IMG/VR virus record: IMGVR_UViG_3300017749_000006
Source of the DNA: an uncultured virus (IMG/VR IMGVR_UViG_3300017749_000006)
Lineage: Duplodnaviria; Heunggongvirae; Uroviricota; Caudoviricetes
Strand: one strand, 5' to 3'
Length of the DNA: 64,000 nucleotides
Of the stretch, positions 9,889-18,050 are shown piece by piece. The notes beneath the pieces are model-generated. The model was not told the origin of the DNA, made no database searches, and saw only the letters and a program-made list of their open reading frames with translations. How positions within the stretch are numbered: position 1 is the first letter of the stretch; each line of letters opens with the position of its first letter. Position numbers and translations under genes: made by a program.

Positions 9889-10008
9889 GCAGTAGCACGT
9901 TTTTGATAATTCTTTAATTACTTCAATAGTATTTTAGGTAATAGTTAACTAATCTAAAAACATCTATGAAGAAATAAAAGAATTAAAGAATATTAGAGCA
10001 GTACATCG
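9889..10008 (+). other. AT-rich origin-like element A
   Basis: Two GCAGTAnnnCG boxes (9889, 9998) around an AT-rich core; homologous to the reverse complement of 58822-58944. Confidence 0.6.
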
Positions 10009-10076
10009 TTTTATTATTTCTGTGGTTGCGTGGTCTTACTGAAACAATTAAAAGCGAACAAGTATGAGGTGATAGT

Positions 10077-10460
10077 ATGGCAAGAGGTAGTGGAAGTAAA
10101 CAGTGTGTAGAATTATCATACAGATATTTAGACCAACATGAAAAAAGAGAAGCAAGTACACATGACATAATGTGGTATTTGAACAATAGAAAGGTTACAA
10201 CGGGGTGCAGAAAAACTAAACAGACATGGAGTATTCAACAAGTATCTCAAATACTTAGAAAATCGCCGTACTTTATTAAAATAGGTACTGTAAGAAGTAT
10301 AACACCTTCCGGTAGTTCTTCTACGTGTTGTGTCTATAGATGTGCGGATTTGAAACAAGTGATTGCTAAAAAGTTATCTTACAGTCATAATATTTCTACA
10401 TATAAATCTGTACCGAAATTCGCAAGAGAAGAATATGTAAAGCAGGGGGGAGTATTGTGA
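10077..10460 (+). CDS. Winged-HTH-like protein
   Basis: ASTHDIMWYLN...QVSQILRKSPYFIKIG pattern; GAGGTGA SD. Confidence 0.6.
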   Translation: MARGSGSKQCVELSYRYLDQHEKREASTHDIMWYLNNRKVTTGCRKTKQTWSIQQVSQILRKSPYFIKIGTVRSITPSGSSSTCCVYRCADLKQVIAKKLSYSHNISTYKSVPKFAREEYVKQGGVL

Positions 10461-11266
10461 TAGAGCAAAAATTGGATATAGATATAGTGTGGCTTAACGG
10501 AAGAAGACCAAAAAAAGAGCAGACTCATTTAATAGTATATCATCAAGAAGAACATGGTGCGGCCACTACTATAGCGGGTAAAGCATTAATAGGAGAAAGG
10601 CCGCCTGTTGCTTCTATATATTCTAAGCATCTAAATACTACATCTGTTAATTTTATACCCGTACCTTTTTGGCCGGAGTATAGATTATACGAAACAAGAA
10701 ACAATGACGGTAAAAGATTTTTTGTCTTGAGAATACCTACTGCTTATCCTATTGAGTTAACACAAGATAGGTATGCAAATAAAGATGTGTGGATGCACAC
10801 TTATCCTGTGGTTAGAGACATCGTAATGACTCTTAATGAATTAGGTGTAAATAAAATGTCATATATGACTACAAATCTGTTTGTTTTGCATAAAGACTTT
10901 AAAGAGTATAGTAAAGTTGCACACGGAGAGGTAGTAAGTTACAATTGGTCTACAATGAAAGAAGAAGTTACTACTCATAGTGGAAAATATCAAGAAGATA
11001 GTTTAGAGTTAGATTATATTTTAGCACCGAATGTTTGGATATGGTGTGATGTTTTCTGTAATTTTACTTCTTCCCCCCTAAAATTATCAGAAGTATTATT
11101 AGGAAGTGCTAGTGGAGAATCAGTAGATATGGACACGGCAGACGCACTTTTAAACCATATACTTTTAACATATGACTTGTCGTGTGATGAATCTGCACTA
11201 CAAAGTATAACGGAAAAACTTGTAGATATGGACAACATTAAAAACTTTGGAGGACTTGACATATGA
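10457..11266 (+). CDS. PAC2 (proteasome assembly chaperone)-family protein, divergent
   Basis: Follows the PAC2 pattern: TIAGKALI, ASIYS, P.YRLY, Y.VV..I....ELGV..M, LLG...VD...A..LL..I....L..D...L. Confidence 0.6.
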   Translation: MIEQKLDIDIVWLNGRRPKKEQTHLIVYHQEEHGAATTIAGKALIGERPPVASIYSKHLNTTSVNFIPVPFWPEYRLYETRNNDGKRFFVLRIPTAYPIELTQDRYANKDVWMHTYPVVRDIVMTLNELGVNKMSYMTTNLFVLHKDFKEYSKVAHGEVVSYNWSTMKEEVTTHSGKYQEDSLELDYILAPNVWIWCDVFCNFTSSPLKLSEVLLGSASGESVDMDTADALLNHILLTYDLSCDESALQSITEKLVDMDNIKNFGGLDI

Positions 11267-12567
11267 ATATATTTGACAACATAAAAGACTTTGCTAGAAG
11301 AAACCACTATGTAGATGTAGAGGATAAAGTACCTATATTTATCTGTAGTATTGGAGCGCATATCTTTAATGCTCTTAATAAATGTTCTAGGTGTGACTTT
11401 GACCCCGATAGCCCTTTAGTAGATGAAGAAAATGATTTCTTGATTACCAATTGTGCTTTGAGACATAACAATATGCCCTTCTATACTCCTATGTCACAGT
11501 TACCCGACACACGAATTCATCTAATGCTTCGTGGCCCTAAAGGGTCGGGTAAATCTGTATTGATTATGATGTTCTTAGCGGAAGGTACGGGATTACTACA
11601 TAGTCAGAATGCTGACTTAGGGCAAGGTATGAGAACAATGCTTGGGCCTAACTCCGTTACAGAAGCAGGTATGTTTGGTAGTGTAGACGAAGAAGGTAAT
11701 ATTATGGGCCGACCATTGGCTAGAGATTTGTGTGGTGGCTTCTTAGGATTTGAAGAGTTTTCTTCTATGTCTGATGCGTCTAAAAAAGACCACAGTATGG
11801 ATATGAAAAATCAGTTACTTACTTCCTTAGATAATGGCCGTGTACAGAAAGCCTTGAGAGCAGGATGGGTTAGTTACACTACTAGATATACAGTATGGGC
11901 AGGTACACAACCTGCTAGGTTTGAGTTAGATTCCGGTCTTGACCGTAGATTCTTTATTATAGATATAGAAATGTCACCGCAAAAAGAATTGCTTTACAAA
12001 CAAGCACAACACAAACAATCTAATATGACGGTAGAAGAAAGAACTTCTCTAGCCACATTAAGTATAGAGATTAAACAATGGATACGAGAGAGAATGATGT
12101 TAGCAGTTTCAGAACCGCCTACAGGAATTATTTTTGCCGATGATATTGGTGATTGGATTAATAGGCCGGACATACGTTCTTTTGAGGCTGACTTGTTCAG
12201 AAGATTAGCGATAGGCTATCATATGATGTTGCCAACATATAGAGGAGGGCAACCACTAATGATTACTCTTGACAATACTTTAGAGACTATACTAAATATG
12301 TCACTAGAACAACGTCGTAGAGTTATGGATGCAGATTCAGAACTTATCAGAACTACCTTTTGGATGAAAGACTTACCTAAGTCAGAATTACTCAAGGAGA
12401 TTTCCCGTATGATTACTATGGGAGATTATCAAAGTGCTAAAAGATGGGTAGTAGAAAACTTAGAAGGACAGTCTTGGTATTGTGAGTATGAACCGGAGAC
12501 TTCTAGGCGTGGTAGAAAAGGTATGCTTTGTAGGATAGGGCCAAACGCAAATACTATGGGTGAGTAA
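11263..12567 (+). CDS. MCM-like AAA+ ATPase/helicase lacking the N-terminal domain
   Basis: RIHLMLRGPKGSGKS Walker A, TEAGMFG, EEF Walker B, AGTQP sensor, LDRRF arginine finger. Confidence 0.75.
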   Translation: MNIFDNIKDFARRNHYVDVEDKVPIFICSIGAHIFNALNKCSRCDFDPDSPLVDEENDFLITNCALRHNNMPFYTPMSQLPDTRIHLMLRGPKGSGKSVLIMMFLAEGTGLLHSQNADLGQGMRTMLGPNSVTEAGMFGSVDEEGNIMGRPLARDLCGGFLGFEEFSSMSDASKKDHSMDMKNQLLTSLDNGRVQKALRAGWVSYTTRYTVWAGTQPARFELDSGLDRRFFIIDIEMSPQKELLYKQAQHKQSNMTVEERTSLATLSIEIKQWIRERMMLAVSEPPTGIIFADDIGDWINRPDIRSFEADLFRRLAIGYHMMLPTYRGGQPLMITLDNTLETILNMSLEQRRRVMDADSELIRTTFWMKDLPKSELLKEISRMITMGDYQSAKRWVVENLEGQSWYCEYEPETSRRGRKGMLCRIGPNANTMGE

Positions 12568-12846
12568 ATGGGTAGAAAATCAAAAACGACAAAGGCTTGG
12601 TGGCCCGCAGTAAGAAAATACTTACAGAATAGGAGAGATGATAAACTTCCGTTTGTCACAAGTAATGTTATTATAGCAGAAGCCTACATGATTGGTTCAT
12701 ATGGTAGTGCGGCTCAAGATAAACTATTATGTCAATCAAGAATGTGTCCTACACAAAGAGAATTATCAAGATGGTTGGCAGACCATCCCGATATTATAAG
12801 CGTTAAAAAACAAAGAGTAGAGTGGGGTTTAAAAAATGAAAACTAG
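12568..12846 (+). CDS. Winged-HTH-like protein
   Basis: CPTQRELSRWLADHPDI...VEW pattern. Confidence 0.5.
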   Translation: MGRKSKTTKAWWPAVRKYLQNRRDDKLPFVTSNVIIAEAYMIGSYGSAAQDKLLCQSRMCPTQRELSRWLADHPDIISVKKQRVEWGLKNEN

Positions 12847-13453
12847 ATTTGAAATACAACAAAGATTAAGAAATGAAAACGATATGTTTGCTATGGAAGT
12901 TCTTAGATGGGTTCTTGATGGCGGGTGTGCTTTATGCGACCACAAAAAGAAGAAAGAATTTGAAATAGAATTAAATAACGGTGATACTACTCCCGATTAT
13001 TTAGAGAGTAAATATAGTTGGTCGGAAGGTACAGTAATGAAGCACATGGAGAGTCACGTAGAGTTTGACCCCGAAGAAGCAGAACACGTAGAGGAAGCAA
13101 GAAAACAATCTATAAATACGTTAGATGCGGCAGAAGATATTGTGAATAGAATAGCATCGTACCTAGATGAGTTAGAAGAAAGAAAGGAAGCACACGGCGG
13201 TATCACTTCCGATTTCGTTGCTGATGCGGCTAAGTTAATCGGTCAAGCAAATTCAAGCCTAAAGTTAGTAGGTCAATTGAAGAAAGAGATAGGTGTAGAT
13301 TCTCAATTATTATTAGCACAATCACAAATGAATCATATGTCAAATATACTTGTAGATGTTCTTGGTACTAATCCGCAATTACTAGACCAAATAGAGTTTA
13401 GGATGGCGGCACTTAAAGCACCTGTCACAGTAGATTATGAGGTTATAGAATGA
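12836..13453 (+). CDS. Zn-finger/HTH plus coiled-coil protein (possibly terminase small subunit-like)
   Basis: CALCDH...HMESH motif followed by helical region. Confidence 0.5.
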   Translation: MKTRFEIQQRLRNENDMFAMEVLRWVLDGGCALCDHKKKKEFEIELNNGDTTPDYLESKYSWSEGTVMKHMESHVEFDPEEAEHVEEARKQSINTLDAAEDIVNRIASYLDELEERKEAHGGITSDFVADAAKLIGQANSSLKLVGQLKKEIGVDSQLLLAQSQMNHMSNILVDVLGTNPQLLDQIEFRMAALKAPVTVDYEVIE

Positions 13454-13704
13454 AGAAATGGCGCACAGGTAAAAACGTAAGTCTTTTTGCTAGACCTATC
13501 TATAAAGATGATATGCCTATTCTTATACAAGCCATGATAGATGATGGTTTGATGGGTACTATTGGAGATAGAGGTGTCTTGTGGGAATATAACGGTTATA
13601 GTATTACCCCTAAAGCGGTGCGTGATGCTTGGGGTTTAACTGCTACTCAATATAAACGAATATGTGATTATATTTATGAGCATGACCCTTTCTATACTGT
13701 ATAA
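13450..13704 (+). CDS. Hypothetical protein
   Basis: ATGA coupling. Confidence 0.6.
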   Translation: MKKWRTGKNVSLFARPIYKDDMPILIQAMIDDGLMGTIGDRGVLWEYNGYSITPKAVRDAWGLTATQYKRICDYIYEHDPFYTV

Positions 13705-13748
13705 AGTAAGTATGTTAAAAATCATGGCAAAAAATTTGGAGTGGTTAC

Positions 13749-14414
13749 ATGGGTATTGTGATTTTTACAAAAGACGACTCGCAGTTTTTAGTAGGCGACT
13801 ATGTTATAATGGTTAAAGAAATTGATACCTCTCTTAGTAATCCCGAAGTAAATTATATCTTACGAACAAATAAATTTACAGAAGCAGATGTTATCGCTTG
13901 GCTACCATATATAACCACTAAACTAATTGTATGTATAGATAAAGCACCTAAGATTACTAAAAAGACAGAAGACAATGTAATAATTGATAAGTCACTAAAG
14001 GTTGCTAGTGACCGCAAAAACTTAACTGCTATAACCTCTATAATTAATTGGTCAGATAGATTAAGAGTGTGGAAACAGATACAGACTTTACCTGTTCCCT
14101 ATGCTTTAGTGTTTTTAAAACAGAATGTAAAAGATATAGACACTTGGAGATTAATAGCACAAACTAATATGGAATTGCCCGAAGATTATACAAAGGCTAT
14201 CTTTGCTTATTCTATAACGGGTAAAAGACAGAGTGTGGCTTGGCCTAAGAAGCAAAAAGTTAAAGAGCAAGCACCACCACCTTTCCGCATGGGAGATAAG
14301 TATTGGCAAGAGATTATAACCTCTAAAGAAGTTGGTAATGAAATTAGAGAGCAAGGTATAGATTTACCTAAAGGTATGAAAAAAACAAAACAGAAGGTGA
14401 ATGAATGGGTTTAG
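13749..14414 (+). CDS. Hypothetical protein, possible degenerate RFC large subunit
   Basis: P.....FLKQN and WP..., Lys-rich tail ending in PIP-like QKVNEWV; weak similarity only. Confidence 0.4.
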   Translation: MGIVIFTKDDSQFLVGDYVIMVKEIDTSLSNPEVNYILRTNKFTEADVIAWLPYITTKLIVCIDKAPKITKKTEDNVIIDKSLKVASDRKNLTAITSIINWSDRLRVWKQIQTLPVPYALVFLKQNVKDIDTWRLIAQTNMELPEDYTKAIFAYSITGKRQSVAWPKKQKVKEQAPPPFRMGDKYWQEIITSKEVGNEIREQGIDLPKGMKKTKQKVNEWV

Positions 14415-14596
14415 CCTTCTTATGTAGTATAATATTTATAGTATTATTCGTTAGTTTCTTTATAGGTTTTTTTATTTCTTTTACTGACATATATATTGCT
14501 ATAGAAAATACACCTGCTACTGAACATCTAATCCCTACACAGGAACAACAAGATAATTCTTTTGCTTATACCGCTATGTGGTTAGATATTGATTAA
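14405..14596 (+). CDS. Small membrane protein
   Basis: N-terminal hydrophobic helix; AGGTGA SD. Confidence 0.6.
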   Translation: MGLAFLCSIIFIVLFVSFFIGFFISFTDIYIAIENTPATEHLIPTQEQQDNSFAYTAMWLDID

Positions 14597-14634
14597 TAAA
14601 ACCCTTCATATACTTTTATATATTACCAAGATAT

Positions 14635-15042
14635 ATGAGCGCGAATAACCGCCGCATTCGACGTATCATTGTAGAGATACTTTTTGAGTGTGGACAGATG
14701 ACAAAAGAAGGAATGGCAGATATGTTAGCACAACGTAAAACTGTTCGTACTGTTCCTAGCCCACATAGTTTAGCGGCCCTTATGTCTAAGAATCCACAGA
14801 TAGTAGCGACGGGTTCAGAAGCAGTAGAAAATGCCGTAGGAACTAAGGCTATGCACTTAATTTATGACATAGATAGAGAGTTAATTAAAAATAAAGATGA
14901 TATTACCTACACACGTTCTTTGACAGTTATGACTCCTAGTGAGAAAGCAAAATCTCAAAAATGTTCCTGTAGTAGAACTAGAGTCTTCCCTCCTAATAGT
15001 GATGTCTGTCTACATTGTATAAGAGAACAATCAACATCTTAA
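14635..15042 (+). CDS. Winged-HTH plus C-terminal Zn-finger protein
   Basis: PSPHSLAALMSKNPQIV and CSC...CLHC. Confidence 0.65.
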   Translation: MSANNRRIRRIIVEILFECGQMTKEGMADMLAQRKTVRTVPSPHSLAALMSKNPQIVATGSEAVENAVGTKAMHLIYDIDRELIKNKDDITYTRSLTVMTPSEKAKSQKCSCSRTRVFPPNSDVCLHCIREQSTS

Positions 15043-15083
15043 TAAGCGAATAAGTACGAAAGTAATTTAAGACGCTAAGAGTA

Positions 15084-15443
15084 TTGGTTACTATGGATAC
15101 AGACAGACTTATGTTCCATTTACTACAACAGATGCAAGCATACGGAACAGACCCACTATTAGCAGATATACTGACGGACGAGAATATTAGACAAAGCCAC
15201 CTTGTTAAAGATTGTATTGATTTTTTAACTGACATAGATATTATAGATGATTTTGTAACTAATCCCGAATTAATGATGTCAAGAGCATGGAGTTTAGATT
15301 TAGTTAGAGGTATGGGCTTAGGTGTTTTGATGGCATTAGAAACAGATAATTCTAATCCCGTTGATTTTAAAGCAGAACTAGCAGAAATGTACAAACAATT
15401 AGAATCTTTGAGAATCGAGAAGACCTTTGATTCGCTTGCGTAG
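15084..15443 (+). CDS. Hypothetical protein
   Basis: ORF track. Confidence 0.65.
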   Translation: MVTMDTDRLMFHLLQQMQAYGTDPLLADILTDENIRQSHLVKDCIDFLTDIDIIDDFVTNPELMMSRAWSLDLVRGMGLGVLMALETDNSNPVDFKAELAEMYKQLESLRIEKTFDSLA

Positions 15444-15456
15444 TCATTACATTATC

Positions 15457-15474
15457 TTTATATTCTTAGAAGTA
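15457..15474 (+). promoter_or_regulatory. TATA promoter of the TTTATA-N5-AGAAGTA class
   Basis: TTTATATTCTTAGAAGTA matches 16588, 19536 and 23906. Confidence 0.55.
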
Positions 15475-15486
15475 AGCCTTTAATTT

Positions 15487-15693
15487 GTGAGCGAGGCGAG
15501 GATAGATAAACAGGTGCTATCCCCAAACCGTAACCGATATGCACAGATAGATGTAGAGCCGTTGATGAAGGAAGGAGTAAAGACACGAAGATTAAGAGTC
15601 TCACGTTCTGATAAACAAGCCAAGAGTCATAGATGCAGAACCGTTCTGATAATACATAGAGCATTAACAAGTCGGATAAGCCAAACGTTCACA
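15487..15693 (+). ncRNA. Candidate structured RNA (or long leader) upstream of RFC
   Basis: Closing stem GTGAGCG/CGTTCAC plus several internal stems; starts 30 nt after the TATA box. Confidence 0.45.
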
Positions 15694-15709
15694 CCTATGA
15701 GGAATTAAA

Positions 15710-16582
15710 ATGAGTAAAGTATGGGCATTAAAACATAGACCATCTATAGATGATATAGTTGGTCAAGATGATATTATAAATGCTATAGGTAATGGGATGC
15801 AACATATGGTATTCTATAGTCCACAAGCAGGTACAGGTAAAACAAGTTTGGCTCATGCTCTAGCAAAGAGACATGGTAGTACCTTACATATCTTTAACGC
15901 TAGTAGTAAAAAGACTAGAGGTATAGAGTTTGTAGAAGAAGAACTTATGCCTATGTCAAGAACAGGTAATTGGAAGCAAATATTTTTATTAGACGAGGCA
16001 GACCAATTAACACCTGCCGCACAATCAGCACTAAAAGGTGTGATAGAAAACGCACACGGTTGGTTTATTCTAACTTGTAATGATTTGTCTAAAGTAAGTA
16101 TATGGTTACAATCAAGATGTAGAGTTCTTAAGTTCAACCCTATTAGTGAAGAACATATGAAACAAAGATTAATTACTATAGCGGGTAAAGAAGGCGTAGA
16201 GATAACACCTAATCATTTAGCCTTAATAATTAATAACCATAGAGGAGATTTACGAAATGCAATCAACGCATTACAGGCATATCATAATTCTCAAGACAAA
16301 CATTCCTTTGTACATTCATTAGAGAACGAGAAGTTTGATGTCCAACAATTCTTAACACTTTGTTTTAGAGAAAAAGATTTTGAAGAGTCATTAAAACTAC
16401 TAGACAAAGATAACAAAAGGGAGAGTATTAGAGCAGTATTCCGTTTTGCTATGGAGTCAAATGCTAAACCCCCAAGTAAATTAAAGGTTATAGAAGCCGC
16501 CGTCACATCCGAAAGGGATTTTATTATGGGTGTTGACGAAGATATTATACTCTCTAATTTTGTTTTAATGTGTATAAGGTAA
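15710..16582 (+). CDS. rfcS: Replication factor C small subunit (clamp loader)
   Basis: WALKHRP, GQ, GTGKTS, NAS..RGI, LDEAD, AQ.AL, SRC motif, GDLRNAINALQ. Confidence 0.92.
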   Translation: MSKVWALKHRPSIDDIVGQDDIINAIGNGMQHMVFYSPQAGTGKTSLAHALAKRHGSTLHIFNASSKKTRGIEFVEEELMPMSRTGNWKQIFLLDEADQLTPAAQSALKGVIENAHGWFILTCNDLSKVSIWLQSRCRVLKFNPISEEHMKQRLITIAGKEGVEITPNHLALIINNHRGDLRNAINALQAYHNSQDKHSFVHSLENEKFDVQQFLTLCFREKDFEESLKLLDKDNKRESIRAVFRFAMESNAKPPSKLKVIEAAVTSERDFIMGVDEDIILSNFVLMCIR

Positions 16583-16587
16583 TAATC

Positions 16588-16605
16588 TTTATAAGCAAAG
16601 AAGTA
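16588..16605 (+). promoter_or_regulatory. TATA promoter TTTATAAGCAAAGAAGTA
   Basis: Identical 18-mer at 19536. Confidence 0.65.
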
Positions 16606-16641
16606 AGACGAGAGGATATAGAAAACCAAAAGGTGATTGAA

Positions 16642-17838
16642 ATGATAGATGAAAAAATAATACAAAGAACTGCTAATACGCTGAATATAGATATAAACAC
16701 TCTCAAGAGTAGGACAGATGAAATCCTGTTGGCTCAAGGAGAGGCATGGAAAAATGCAGGTAAATCAGAACAAGATTGTTATGCCCTAGCATTAAAGGTA
16801 GCCGGTAGTAAAATTAAAAATGAAAACTCAAGACTACTACGTTCCGGTGCTTCTAAATTAGAAGGTATGTTTATATCAGTACCACGCCCTAAAGAATGGG
16901 GTAAGATACTATACAATAAAATGAAGAGTCAAATGATTAGTGCGTCAGAAGAAGTACGTCAACAATTTGTAGACAATGGAAAGATTGTACTATACAATGA
17001 TAATGGTGATGGAACTTATACTAGATATGCTAGAGAAGATTTCTTCGGTGAAGATACTACTAATGTAAATGAACTAGACAAGAACGCTATGCGTCTTGAT
17101 GGTGACTCTTACTTCTACTGTGTATGGGATAGTAACAACCCTACTTTCCCTAGTGGAGATAGAAACTTTAAATTCGGTAATGCAAGACCACAAAACGAAC
17201 AAGAAAGAACATCTATGTTCTTAGGTCGTGTAGAAGGTTCTAGTGATGAAGTAAAGATGATGACTGTAACCGCACAAGGTAAAGCGGCAGATATGCAATA
17301 CCCAACATTCACCCCTTTGACTATGGCTCTACGTGTCGGTAAAGACGGTAAGAAATGCTACGTTAAAGCAGATATGGCTAACTATACCGCAGATGCTAGT
17401 AAAGCAGAAATCTTTTCAGCCGCACCTATCATGGCTGACGGTACAGGGTTAGTACCTTCTCTGTTAGGTTCAGAAAATATGTTGTCATCATTAGATGCTC
17501 TACGTGATTACTATGACCAATTCAACGGCCAAGCCGGTTGGTGGGATAGAATAGTAGGTGTAATAGGTGAAGTAATTCATATAGACCCTAGAGATAACGG
17601 TGGTTATACTCTTGTGTGTGCTGATTTAGATATAGCATCAGTAGCACCTGTAGTAGAAGTATACGTTCCATCAGAACATGGTAGTAGAGTAGACTTTGCA
17701 GTAGGTACTAAGATATTATTAGTCGGTCAAACATGGAGAACAAGAGATACAGATGAACAAAAATTATCTGTAAACGGTTGGTATCCTTTTGACGAAGTAG
17801 AGGCTATGGAAACTGTAGACGCAGAAGGGTGGGATTAA
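16642..17838 (+). CDS. Probable ssDNA-binding (RPA/OB-fold) protein
   Basis: OB-like C-terminal strands, acidic tail ending EGWD, position in replication cluster; AGGTGA SD supports start 16642. Confidence 0.55.
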   Translation: MIDEKIIQRTANTLNIDINTLKSRTDEILLAQGEAWKNAGKSEQDCYALALKVAGSKIKNENSRLLRSGASKLEGMFISVPRPKEWGKILYNKMKSQMISASEEVRQQFVDNGKIVLYNDNGDGTYTRYAREDFFGEDTTNVNELDKNAMRLDGDSYFYCVWDSNNPTFPSGDRNFKFGNARPQNEQERTSMFLGRVEGSSDEVKMMTVTAQGKAADMQYPTFTPLTMALRVGKDGKKCYVKADMANYTADASKAEIFSAAPIMADGTGLVPSLLGSENMLSSLDALRDYYDQFNGQAGWWDRIVGVIGEVIHIDPRDNGGYTLVCADLDIASVAPVVEVYVPSEHGSRVDFAVGTKILLVGQTWRTRDTDEQKLSVNGWYPFDEVEAMETVDAEGWD

Positions 17839-18050
17839 TGCAAGCGTTGGGCAACAATGTTATTGTTGAACCAACCCCACAGTCTGATAGCGGCTTAATC
17901 ATAAATACATCTTACTCCGTTCTATCAATAGGTTCTCTAGTTCCTACACAAATAAGTGTAGGTTCTAGGGTTCTTATTGAATCAGATAGTTTAAAGACAG
18001 AAGGTATTACTAAGTATTGTAAATTCTCAGATATTATAGCGGTGATATAA
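17838..18050 (+). CDS. groES: GroES-like co-chaperonin, 70 aa
   Basis: ALGNNVIVEP, SGLII, V.SIG, VG.RV, DIIAVI; adjacent to groEL. Confidence 0.8.
   Translation: MQALGNNVIVEPTPQSDSGLIINTSYSVLSIGSLVPTQISVGSRVLIESDSLKTEGITKYCKFSDIIAVI

Noticed and set aside
15558..15612. Hammerhead ribozyme or canonical C/D box guide RNA
   Set aside because: Lacks the CUGANGA/GAAA core and stem II; C' and D' boxes are poor and any rRNA match is too short to support
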